Below are positions 1-10,789 of a stretch of 64,000 nucleotides of DNA, in pieces (positions within the stretch are counted from its first letter, which is position 1; each line of letters starts with the position of its first letter). The translations under genes were made by a program, and so were the position numbers. The stretch spans positions 2,356,001-2,420,000 of the forward strand of contig CDLV01000007.1 of the NCBI GenBank assembly GCA_001244265.2, written 5' to 3'. The notes under the pieces were generated by a model. The model made no database searches and was not told the DNA's origin. It was given only the letters and a program-made list of their open reading frames with translations. The stretch comes from Microbotryum violaceum (Eukaryota).

Positions 1-1531
1 GAGGACTACTTGACGGTGACAGTCGGATGGAAAAAGGCACCACTTACCGATTCCGATACCACTGATGAACCTGTAGGCGATCAAGGCGTTGAACATACCC
101 TTGTGGCTGCCCTTGGCGCCGTATGCGCCCGTCTGCAGGCAGGCAGCGACGGCGACGATGACGGCAGCCAGCATCATGCCACCTTTGCGACCCGTGCGGT
201 CGACTAAGAATCCGAACGAGAGCATACCGAGGACGGTGCCGGCGAAACCCATCGCAGAGAAGAGGGTCGAGTAGTTGCCGGGGAACTCCTTGGGGTACAA
301 GCGTCGCAAGATAGTGTTGACGGATCCGACGATACCCTATCCATACAAGGCCGCGAGGATACCAACAGCGTCAGCATGTTACATTATCAGATTCGACCAC
401 CCCACTCGCCGCTTTCTCGCAAGCCACTTGCGGCCGCTCTGACCAGGTGGCATGTGACGTGGCGTGTCTCGCCTGGCAGCGCGAGGTAGCGGCTGAGACT
501 GTGTCCAGGACTCACATTCTGATACCCATCCGAGAAGAGGGCGGTACCGCAAGCAAAGACGACCGAGATCTAAGCAAGCAAAAACCAGCAGCTGAGGTCA
601 GTACACCTAACGCTCGGTGATAGGTTGAGGCTTGACTAAATTGGCGACGATTTGGATGCGGGGCCCGCGCGCCGGCCAATAAGAAATCGGCGTTCGGCAT
701 TCGACCACGGCAGACCACGGTGAGATGCGGTCGAAAGCTCCCTCGTCCCGACAGATTGACAAGAGGCTGAGCCACTCACTTTGCCGAGACCTCGTTTGTA
801 GGTGACGACGGGAGCGCATGAGGCACGGGTTCAGCCATGTTAGGATCTCACGGCAGGAGGTCGGGTCGGAAAAGTTTCTTCGGAAAAGTTTCTTCGGAAA
901 AGTTTCTTCGGAAAAGTTTCTTCGGAAAAGTTTCTTCGGAAAAGTTTCTTCGGAAAAGTTTGTTCGGAAAAGTTTGTTCGGAAAAGTTTGTTCGGAAAAG
1001 TTTGTTCGGAAAAGTTTGTTCGGAAAAGTTTGTTCGGAAAAGTTTGTTCGGAAAAGTTTGTTCGGAAAAGTTTCTGGAGAACAGTTTCTGGAGAACAGTT
1101 TCTGGAGAACAGTTTCTGGAGAACAGTTTCTGGAGAACAGTTTCTGGAGAAAGAAAAGGTTTTGGAGAAAAGGGAAAGAGCAAGAGCCACAGCCTGATTA
1201 AGGAGTGATGATGATAGGTTGAAAGTTGGACTGGCCCTACTCTCAGATACGCGCGGCCGTGCGCACGCTGGGCCAACGCTTGAGCAGAATAGAAAGGATA
1301 GGCATATTGCTTCCCGAAATAGACGGCTTACGTCCCTCCCTTGTGAAAGGTCGCTGAAATGGAGACGAGTTCAGCACTCCTGGCGAATGTAATGCGCAAA
1401 ACAGCAGAAAAGTAGGTCTCTCACTTGACTTTCCTATCTCGCCTGTGACCTGGGTTTGGGGAAGGGCGATCAAAGAACGTGCACTTTGACCAAAGTGCCC
1501 AGCACGGCGCACGTTCATGAGTCTCAGTCAT
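1..1531 (-). CDS. GIT1: MFS glycerophosphodiester/phosphate permease, GIT1-like (5' part; runs off the left edge)
   Basis: Manually spliced exons 1531-1513, 1379-1332, 790-780, 569-516 and 336-48 give MTETHERVLNSSPFQRPFTREGRLGKISVVFACGTALFSDGYQNGIVGSVNTILRRLYP...GMLSFGFLVDRTGRKGGMM...AYRFISGIGIG. This contains MFS motif A (GxxxDRxGRK) and the GIT1-type ACGxxLFSDGY. The last two exons are firm; the first three are a frame-consistent model. Confidence 0.8.
867..1145. repeat. 14-bp tandem minisatellite, ~20 units in three blocks
   Basis: CGGAAAAGTTTCTT x6 (867-950), CGGAAAAGTTTGTT x8 (951-1062), one 13-nt junction unit, GGAGAACAGTTTCT x5 (1076-1145). Confidence 0.98.
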
Positions 1532-2168
1532 TGTGTAGTCGGTTAAACTCCGGACGGTTCCCTTGACGCTCCTATAGCTGGGGGCCTTCTCAGAAGAGTC
1601 TCGGCCGGACTCGGAGCCGGACAGTGCGGCAGCTTCCGCTGTCGGCCGTTGCAGAGGCCGAAAGTGCCGAAGGGCGTTGGTATCCTGCAGCTGCGCGACG
1701 GTCAGCTGCAGGTTGTCGGAACAGATGGCATTGCCTCTGCAGAAGTTTCCACTAAGTCGAGTCCTCGGGCACGTTTCGTCATGTTAACGTTGTCTTCCTC
1801 GCTCCCTCTTTGACGACTCGAAGTTATCTGCTCCCAGCTCGAGAAGAAGAAAGTTTTTTTTTTCTGCTCCCAGCCAAATGCAAAGTCACGTGCCCGCGGC
1901 CAAGTATTCATCAATCGAGTCACGCCGACTCGAGAGTTCCAATTTCAATGACAGAATATCAGTCACGTCAAGCCACGATTCCGTTCACGGAGTACTGAAA
2001 CAGAGTGAGCGATAGACAGGATACCTACTTGTATGCCGAACGATTATCTTCGAGGGAGTTGCGAATAACTAACTTGCGACGCTCGGGCCTTGGCGTCATG
2101 TGGCGTCTCAACCAAGGTCCTCACGGCCTCTCACCTTCCCCAGCTCGACCAGCGCCACGGCGCGACAC

Positions 2169-4853
2169 ATGGCGCCAGTCGCATCCACTTCAAAGGCCCT
2201 CGTCTACTCTTCCTCTCCCTCTTCTTCGTCTTCGCATGCAACCGAGCCCACCGCTTCCCCTGCGACGACCGATTCAACGGGGCCGCTCGCACTGGGCGAG
2301 CCAGAGCCAGCCGATGGAACCGACGTCGACGACCACCGCTCGTGGCAGGTCGTGCTCGTAACACCGCAGAAGAAGCTCGTCATTTACAACACCCATCGCA
2401 ACTCGCTGCATGTCGCATCCACACGGCAATGGGCTGAGGCTCCCGACGATGCGGAGACTGTAGTATGGGATGACGAAGAAGGCGTGGAGCACTTCCATCG
2501 CACCGACGACGATGAGGACGACGTGGAGGAGTCGGGGCAGGTAAGGGCGAAGCCAACGCTGACCACCACACGCAAGACCACACGGAGTAGGAGCTCCAAA
2601 ATTGGAACCGTTTGTCCACTATGTCATCGGCTCTTCACCTCGGACCCCAGAGGCAAACGAGACGATCTAGGGAGGGCGAACGCAACGACAGCAAGTGGGG
2701 CCCAATTCCGATTTGGCCAACACCACGCCACTGAACCGAGGCTCGATCTCATACAAGGTCGGGATGCAAGGAAAAACTCGTCCTACTTCGCGCTGTTGTC
2801 CCATGCGAACTCGAGAACGAATTCTCCTCGCGTCACCGCCGCATCGGCCTCGGCTCGAGCGGAACAGGCTGACCAGCAGAGTGGGGGATCGGCCACGCCC
2901 GATGGGACGGAAAGGTTGCAGAATTCGACACTAAACACGGGCTACTTTGAGAGCTTCTTCGAGCCGTTGCAACTGTTGGGCAAAGGTGGGGCCGGTAGTG
3001 TGTGGCTCGTTCGGCATGTGCTGAATGGAGAAGCACTCGGCTTGTACGCTTGCAAGAAGGTCGCGGTTGGCAACTCGGCTCCCTCGTTGTGAGTGGCGTG
3101 GCTCCAATCAACCACTCAAACTTGGATCACTGATCGAATTCCGCTCTACTTCTAAGACTCTTGATCCTGCGTGAAGTACATCTGCTCGAAGCTGTCCAGC
3201 ATCCGAATATCGTCACTTATCATCACGCATGGGTCAGTTTCTTATCGGTGGAAGCGTTTCGTACACAATGCTGACCCTCTGCATGTCGTCATTCTCGTAG
3301 GTCGAATCGGCCCAACTCTCCCTCTACTCCCCGCCTGTTCCAACCTTGCACATCCTCATGGGCTACGCGAACGGTGGATCACTTGCCTCCTTCATCGATC
3401 GACGGCGTGGCTCCAGTTCTTCGCCGGAGGACGGGACGGGCGAATCACCCGCTCAGCGCAAGGAGCGACATCGCTTACGGAAACTTGGCGCAGTACATCT
3501 CCTTCGTGTGGACGAGATCGTGCACCTGGCGAGGGACGTGACGATGGGGTTGGGCTTTCTGCATCAGCGCAATATCTTGCATTTGGATCTCAAGGTAAAA
3601 ACCAAGTATCGCTTCGGGCCACATTCAAGACCGCACGGAGCGCCATCTGACCGGAAGATGGTTCTACGATACTTTTTGCAGGCTGAGAACGTTCTGCTGC
3701 ACTGGGAGGAAGATGCGCTCTTGCCGATTGCGAAATTGAGTGACTTTGGAAACGCCACCAGCGACAAGTGGAATCGGGAGCGCAGTGAGTGACCAGCAGT
3801 GCATTTTCTATGTCACTGAGCGTCGGTCCCACTAAACACTGGGTCCTACTCATGCAGCTGGGGGCTCGGGAACACTCATGTACACCGCACCCGAGGCATT
3901 CGAACTCGACTCGAGGGGCCGGCTGCACACCGCGGATCGGGCGACGGACCAGTGGGCTCTGGGGCTCATCTTCCACTTGATGAGCTTCTTCACACTCCCA
4001 TATCGGAATCAGGATGATACAAAAAAGCTCGAGGAGGAAATCAAGGCGTACCCCGGGTGAGTGCTGCAAATTTTGCAGTCAATTGCTTGCGCGGATGAGC
4101 TCAATCTCAATCACATACGCACTGGCGACTGCGCTAGGTTCTTCCCGCACGATGCCCTCACACTCGACCATGGGAATCGTCACGACTTGCCCGTTTCTTT
4201 GCTTTTTCTCACGAGCTGTCTCATCCATCGCTTGCCGGGGGAGAGACCGAGCTGCGAGAGAGTCCTCGTCGCTCTGGGAGAGATCGACAGGGGTGACGGC
4301 GACGACGATGCCCAGGTAAACGATGGACATGCAAGCGCGCAGTTGGGTTTGGTCAAGTCGTTGACGCCTCCCAGTAAGACGCCTATCGGCATCATGGTCA
4401 GTATTGATATGTTGGGTGTGGGTTCCACCACAATCCCCGATTGACGAAACTGCATCTATTTCACGCAGCCCCGCCGCAAGCTCCTGTCAGGCCCCTCTTC
4501 TCAGTTGATAAGCGTCGATCTCGCCAGCACCAAGCAGATAGGACAGCAAGTACAGCAGCCTTCTGTGGTTGAGTTGTCGCAACGATCGGCCCTGGGGGTG
4601 ATTGCCTTTCAGGTCAGTCGCCGTTTTCGTAGCTGCGATGGCGAAGACAAGGGAGGGCAATACACTGAATCTCGTACCATTTCCCGACCATCAGGCGCTA
4701 TCTCTCGCTTTACTTTCTTCCCCCAGCTCATATTTCAGCATCAGACAGGTGCTCGCGATTGTCGCAGGGGTGTTGACCGAGGTTTTGGTGCCTCGGGCGG
4801 CAGTTTTCGTCGGCGTCAGCTTGCTCGGGGGATTGGTAGTTCGTGGTTGGTAA
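2169..4853 (+). CDS. IKS1: Ser/Thr protein kinase, fungal IKS1-like (multi-exon)
   Basis: Kinase motifs across exons: LGKGGAGSVWLVRHVLNGEALGLYACKKVAVG, LREVHLLE..QHPNIVTYHHAW, YANGGSL, ILHLDLK|AENVLL, LSDFG, GTLMYTAPE, DQWALG. The N-terminal WQVVL...LVIYN and CPLC followed by YFALL are typical of IKS1. Hydrophobic C-terminal exon ends at 4853. Confidence 0.8.
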
Positions 4854-5067
4854 TCGTGTCTGCTGGTGTATGTAATCAGTGGTTCGTCGTACCTCTTTGT
4901 GGTGATGAGTACACCTGGGATTGGCAATTTAATTGCTGGGCAACTGTCTGTACGATCAAGCCTGCGGCATGCAGTGTCACTCTGTGTCACTTGGTTTGTA
5001 CTACCCACTGCAGCACGGTGCAGTGTAGCTCTGCGCTGCTCCCCCACCTACAGTGCGCGTACCCACA

Positions 5068-7115
5068 ATGTCAACGCCGTCGACGCCGTCGATGGACTCG
5101 ATCGTCGAGCTCATCAAGTCGACCTCAACGTTCGAACAGCTACACAAAGAAGGTGAGCTGCACAACAGGCCCCTCGTAGTGCCGACTGGGTGCTGTACTA
5201 ACTCTCCACGCTGCCGTCGTCGTCGTCATCGCTCGCAGTGCAACAGCTACGCAAGCTCGACAAGGCCTCGAACGACAACCACACGTCCATATTCGAAAGC
5301 GCATTGCAAGATGGACGAGACCCATTGGAAGTCTTGGATTCGTTGCAGCACTCGGCGGGGTATCTCTTCATCCTGTACGTCGAGCACACGCGACGCACCA
5401 AACTCGACCCGTGCTGACTGAGGATGCGGACGTTCGTCTACGCACAGCAATGCGAGGTTGTCGGTCGAAGGATGCGATCTGGATCGTATGCTGCCTCTGC
5501 TGCTGGAGTTCAGTGAGAAGTTCGACTATGAACAGCTCGCGCTCGTTCCCGACCAAGGTCAGCCGCGTCACACGACACACCCTTGGCTCCACGAATGGCA
5601 TGCGCATCTCATTCTTCTCTGGTGTTTGTTTCAGTCTCTTACCTCGTCAAGACCATCACCAACTTTGTTCAATCAAGCCCAAGTCACCAAGCTGTCCGTC
5701 ACGCTTCTCACAACTCTTCTGGCGGGGTTTCCTGTCGGGCCCCACCTTCACAGACGCTCGCTCACTTATCGCCTCGCTGCATCCTCGCTTCCTCCCAGAC
5801 GATTGCCTTGCTTCTACCGCTGCGACTTATGGTCATGCGTAGCTCACGACCAGGGCATCTCACCGTACTGCACCCTGGCTTCCTCGATGTAAGCTGGCCA
5901 AGATATATCATTCTCGGTTCTGGTCGTAGTGCTGACGCCAAGATGTGCTTTCCTCTCTCAGCTTTGCATCAAAAGCCGCGCATACGACTTTGCTCTGGAC
6001 CTGCTTCTGACGGACACGATTGATGTCGACAACACTGTGAGTCAAAAGCTCGGAATTCGGATCCGTCTGATTTTTTCCTCTGCTGACCAATCCACAACTC
6101 GTTGCGCTCGATAGCTTGGACAAGTCAAGTACATTGATCACCTCCAGTACCATTACCTTGGGGGCGTTATCCTCGCCTTACTCAAGTACAAAGAGCGTGC
6201 GATTGACTTTCTTGAAATTGCAAGTCAATTTTCTTGTCCGCGGTAGAGATTATATGCTGACCTCCATCACTTGGTGACAAAAGGCCGTCTCTGCCCCGGG
6301 CCACTCGGTCTCATTGGTTCAAATCGACGCCTACAAAAAGCTTGTTATCCTTCAGTTACTCACCCACGGCAAGACATCCCCTCTTCCCAAATATACAGCG
6401 CCGAATGTCCATGGTGCGATCAAGAGTCGATGTGCGGCCTACCTCGACTTCGCGACCGCCTTCATGAAGCTCGACAAGTCCGCACTCATGAATCTCGTGG
6501 CTCAGCATGGACCGGCGTTCGAGGAGGATCTCAACTCGGGATTGGTCAAGCGTTGCCTCGCCTCGTTGCGTCGACGTCAGATTGAAAAGTTGACCGAGAC
6601 GTACATGACCTTGAGTCTCGGTGATTTGTGCCAGGCGCTTGGGCTGGACAGGAATGTTGAGCATGACTTGCTCGATGTCAAGCAAGAATTGTCCATGATG
6701 GTGAGTGACGACATTCTATGTGGCCCGTTTTCGGGAGAATACGCTCCTGACACCATCCGCTTTGTGACGTGTGAAGATCGACGAGAAGCACATCTTTGGC
6801 TCCATCACTCCTGCCGACGATCTTGCCTCCGCGACCGTGACCTTCACCGATGACTCATCGCTCTATACCTCCCACGAAACTCTACAACGTCTCGCCCAAT
6901 CGATTGCTACGACTCAAAAGATGATTGCGCAATCCGACGCACGTGCCAAGGAAATTGAAAAATCCAAGGAGTTCGTAACCAAGGCTTACACAGCGGCGGG
7001 GAACCAGGCTAGTGCGATGGCGGGTGGACACGGCATGAACCTCGCTTCGATGCCGAGCTTCGGGGGCGAATTCGATTATGCCGAAGAAGGCGTTTGGGAT
7101 GGGGGAGACGATTGA
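5068..7115 (+). CDS. CSN3: COP9 signalosome subunit 3 (PCI domain)
   Basis: HLQYHYLGG..., AVSAP..SLVQIDAYKKLVILQLLTHGKTSPLPKYT, DLNSGLVK...IEKLTETYMTLSLGDL are CSN3-family motifs. Multi-exon, with one GC-AG intron. Confidence 0.85.
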
Positions 7116-7445
7116 GAGATGTCATAGTATGTGCATAGCCACCATCGCCGGGCGGCTCCCGGCCTTTAGTTGCAATCACGAAGTCCATGCGCTCGTTCAC
7201 CGTTCTTCGGCTGCCTGCGAGAAACGGTCGCGGTCATTGGCGATTGACTAGTGTGGCCCCTAGGCCGCCAATTTAAGGTGCTTCAAGTAGCTTTTGGGAC
7301 AGCCGCTCACCATCTTGGTGAGATTCATTATGGAATCGTACGCCGTACAGACTGACCACTTTTTCAAGGACTCCGTTCCCCATCCAAAAACCTTTCTCTC
7401 CCTCCGGCACCTTACTGGGTCGCTGCATTCACGCTCCTCGCCATA

Positions 7446-8595
7446 ATGCTCTTTAGGACCCTTCTTCTCGCCTTTGTTGCACCCATTTCTACATCCGTCT
7501 CTGCTGCTCCTAGCTTGCCCCCATGCGGCATGGATTGCGCGAGGCGCGTCGCGCCCAACACGTCGGTCAGTCCGAGCGGTCGTCGTTCGCGCCACACGCC
7601 TAGCGGCGTCCGTTTCGCATCACTGACCCTCCCGACTGAGCACCGCTTGATATTGAATTAAGTGTAAGGAGTTCACGAATGTGAAATGTCGTTGTCAAGA
7701 TCGGGAATATGGCAAACTCTATCGACAATGTGTCAGGGAGAGTGGGTCGAACGAAGGGGCTCCGAACCCCTATCTTTCTCAAGCTAGTCTTGTAACTGAC
7801 TCGATTTGTGGGTCATAGGATGTACGGTCCAGCAACTCCCGTTTGTGAATGAGGTGGAGAACACGACGTGTGCGAGCTACAAGTTGTCGGAAACGAAGAA
7901 GGGGGGCATTGGAGGTACATTCAAGTTTGGGGTGCTTCACTGGGTCGGGCCCACGGGCAGGAAGCTGACTTCTAAACGCCACCATTCTCTCCGCAGTTCA
8001 TCTCACACACCCCAACGCAACAGCAGCGGATGAGGGTAATAGTGAACCGAAGGACCAGCGCTCCTCCCCTTCGAAGAAAAAGTCAACCCAGTCCACATCC
8101 GAGTCCCCAACGTCGACACGGACCAAAGCCCTCCTCAATGCGACCCACGACATACCCTCATCAGCGACCGCGGTCTCCCCTTCCAACGTGGACATCGTCT
8201 ACGCCAACTTGACGAAAGAAGTTGCTGAAGGAACGGGTATTGCGCTCCCCAACACGACCTACACCACCCCCGACACCACTTCTCCCAGTTCGAGCGAAAT
8301 GACGAACGCCACTTCGACGACCGCGCCCACCACCGATCCCACTTTTACGAACGCCACTTCGACGACTGGGCCCACCACCGATCCCACCTCTACGAATACC
8401 ACTTCTACCACTCCTTTATCCTCCTCCTCCTCTGAACAGTCGACCAACGCTTCTCTGGCCGAAGGGAATTCACTGGCGGGTACTGCCATTGGTAGGTTCA
8501 GCAAGAGTGCAGGTGCGAGGTGCCTGTCGACGCCGACATTAGAAGGCTCGTTGGCTTTCGCCTTGGTTGCTATGACGGTCTATTTTCAGATGTGA
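7446..8595 (+). CDS. Secreted CFEM-domain protein with Ser/Thr-rich stalk and probable GPI signal
   Basis: Signal peptide MLFRTLLLAFVAPISTSVSA. Spliced 8-Cys domain PPCGMDCARRVAPNTSCKEFTNVKCRCQDREYGKLYRQCVRERCTVQQLPFVNEVENTTC. Thr/Ser-rich stalk and hydrophobic C-terminus (SLAFALVAMTVYFQM). Confidence 0.8.
8302..8410 (+). repeat. 45-bp coding tandem repeat (~2.4 copies) in the CFEM stalk
   Basis: TNATSTTAPTTDPTF / TNATSTTGPTTDPTS / TNTTST; each unit carries an N-x-T sequon. Confidence 0.9.
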
Positions 8596-8861
8596 CCGCT
8601 CTCCTAATCTATAATCTCCTTGATTCGCTTTATTCTCATGTATCTTCGACTACTATATATATGACGCTTTCGGTGTACAATGTAATGAGTTGGTTCTCCC
8701 CATGCGTTCGTTCGATCAACTGCGGCAACTGGCAGCGTGATTCTCTCCGTGAAGGCAAATGGATATGCGTATTAGCACAGGCCAAAAATACAGTACTAAG
8801 GTGATGCAAGAAAATAAAAAGATAAAGAAGGAAAGAAAAGAGCCGCATCAAGACCACCACC

Positions 8862-10789
8862 TCAACGCCTACCTTTCTCCGCTGGCGCACTGCCCCCCTC
8901 GTCACGTTCCTCATCAACCTCTTCCACCACCCCGATCGATTCGACGACATTCGCTCGACTCGACTCTCTCAATGCCCTCGGATGATCTTTGGTACTCCTC
9001 GAAGGTCTTCGATAGCCTTTGACGACGGCGACATTCTCATCGTCCTCGGTGGCAGGGATTGATAAAGAAGGATGAGGAGGCGGGAGGTCCAACGGTCCCA
9101 AAGCTGAAGCGATGGAGTTTTCGAACGAATCGACGAACCCCGATGCAGCTTTCTGCGAGGACCGAATCGTATCGCCGATGTTGACCGTTGAGAGCCGCTT
9201 GGACATGTTACCCCATCCGGAGGAAAGGACATCAAGTGTTGTTCGAGGTCGGCCTTTCGAAGCTGAAGTGGGGACATCGCCTTGCTCCACTGGAGTCGGG
9301 ATCGAAGTTGAGGCGGTGGAAGAGCGTTGAAGTTCCTCAATGACGAGTTCCTTTGTCGAAGTCGACATGATCGTCGACGCCAACGAATCGTCCTCATCTT
9401 CCTCTTTCAAAACCCTGAGTCCACCCGATTCAGAACTCGTCGAGGCCATACTCGAGATCGACGAAGAAGGTGGATGAGCTCCGACGACGTTCAGGAGCGT
9501 TTCGTCGACGGTGTTCATCACGCGACCAAAGACGCCGCCGACCCAGGCTTTGGCCGCTTGGACGCTCTCCCCTACGTCTGGCGACGAGATTGAAGACAAG
9601 TTCGCCGATTGGACCGAGCTTTGTGCCTCGTCCCCCGTCGGATCGAAGGTCGAGGCGAGGAGATGGATGTCAAAGGAGTGCGAAGAGCCTCGTGGCATAC
9701 CTGGATCGGCAAGGTTCGGGGAACGGGAAGGGAAGGTTGAAGTGGGTGAGGCCGTCGGAGAATGCAGCGATTTCGCGACGATGGATTCCCATTTAGACTT
9801 GAGCGATTTGAGTTCGGCTTCGTGGCGTTTGAGCTCTGTGCCAGAGAATGGATCGAATGGATTTTAGTCTTGGCAAATTGTGGTTAAGGAAAGCAAGAGC
9901 ATTCACGAGACTGACCTTCTCGCAAGTCAAGACATTTGCGCTCCTTTTTGGCGATGAAGCTCAGCAGATCGGCATTCTGCTCCGTCAAGGTCGGCCGTGA
10001 CGAGCCCGTCATCCCACTGGCTGATCTCGTCGGAGACAAGAATGAAACACTCGTTGACAAGCTGCTGTTCCTCCTCGATTGCCGGGGCGAGGTCCAGCCC
10101 GAGGATGTCGCGTCCGACCCATCATCGTTCTCGGCCACGCCAATTGTCCCCGAACCCAACTCGAGTCCCAACCCAAGCCCCAAATTGTCCTTGGAAGCCC
10201 CTACGGCCTGAGTCAAACTCGCCCCGTTGAATAGTTGAGGGTCGAGCGAGAGAAGAGACGAACTGGAACTATAGGAGATGCTGCTTCCCCTTCGTGAGCG
10301 CGGACCCGGTCGATGATGAGCGGCCGACCCGCCCATGGTAGTGACCCGTGGCGCATGAGCGCTCGAAGGGGCCGAGGTCGACGAGGCAGGAATCGGGGAA
10401 GGAAAGTTCCATGCTGGTTTTGATGAGGAGTCGGACGCGGTCGAGACTGAGGCCAACGCTGTCGAGTCGCGATCCTCTTCGAAGTCTTCGTCAGACTCAC
10501 TCGGGTGCGAAGAAAGTGATGAGCGAGTCGGACCGCTTGCGTGCTGAGTCGAGCGATGAAGGGTGTGAGGTGAATGCGACGTGTAGGCTCGAGAGCTGTT
10601 GCTAGTCCGAGCCAGTGTAGGCGAGTCCAACGGGGTCTGGGAGGACACGGACGAGGTCGAGGTGCTGAGGGAGAGTCTCTTGAGGTGGCGAGAGGCGGAT
10701 GGGGGCGTGCACGCGCTGGGCGGATTCGAGCCGGCTGACGACGATGAGCCTACGATCGCGGAGGTTCGGCGAGGGAGTGGTGACTCCAT
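8862..10789 (-). CDS. Ser-rich coiled-coil protein, TDA11/DUF4048-like
   Basis: Two exons splice in frame to LLSFIAKKERKCLDLREELKRHEAELKSLKSKWESIV, a coiled-coil resembling fungal Tda11/DUF4048 proteins; the rest is low complexity. Confidence 0.6.

Noticed and set aside
867-1145. CRISPR array or telomeric repeat
   Set aside because: No unique spacers, eukaryotic context, internal position, and no TTAGGG-like unit.
618-1222. 11-mer TGATAGGTTGA at 618-628 and 1212-1222 as a target-site duplication
   Set aside because: No terminal inverted repeats or element between them, and the interval includes a predicted exon; probably chance.
818-1276. Repetitive ORFs on both strands (EKFLRKSFFGKVSS...)
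   Set aside because: By-products of a stop-free 14-bp repeat that lies inside a predicted intron.
1475-1516. Hairpin GAACGTGC...GCACGTTC as an ncRNA
   Set aside because: Overlaps the predicted GIT1 exon 1/intron 1 boundary and matches no RNA family motif.
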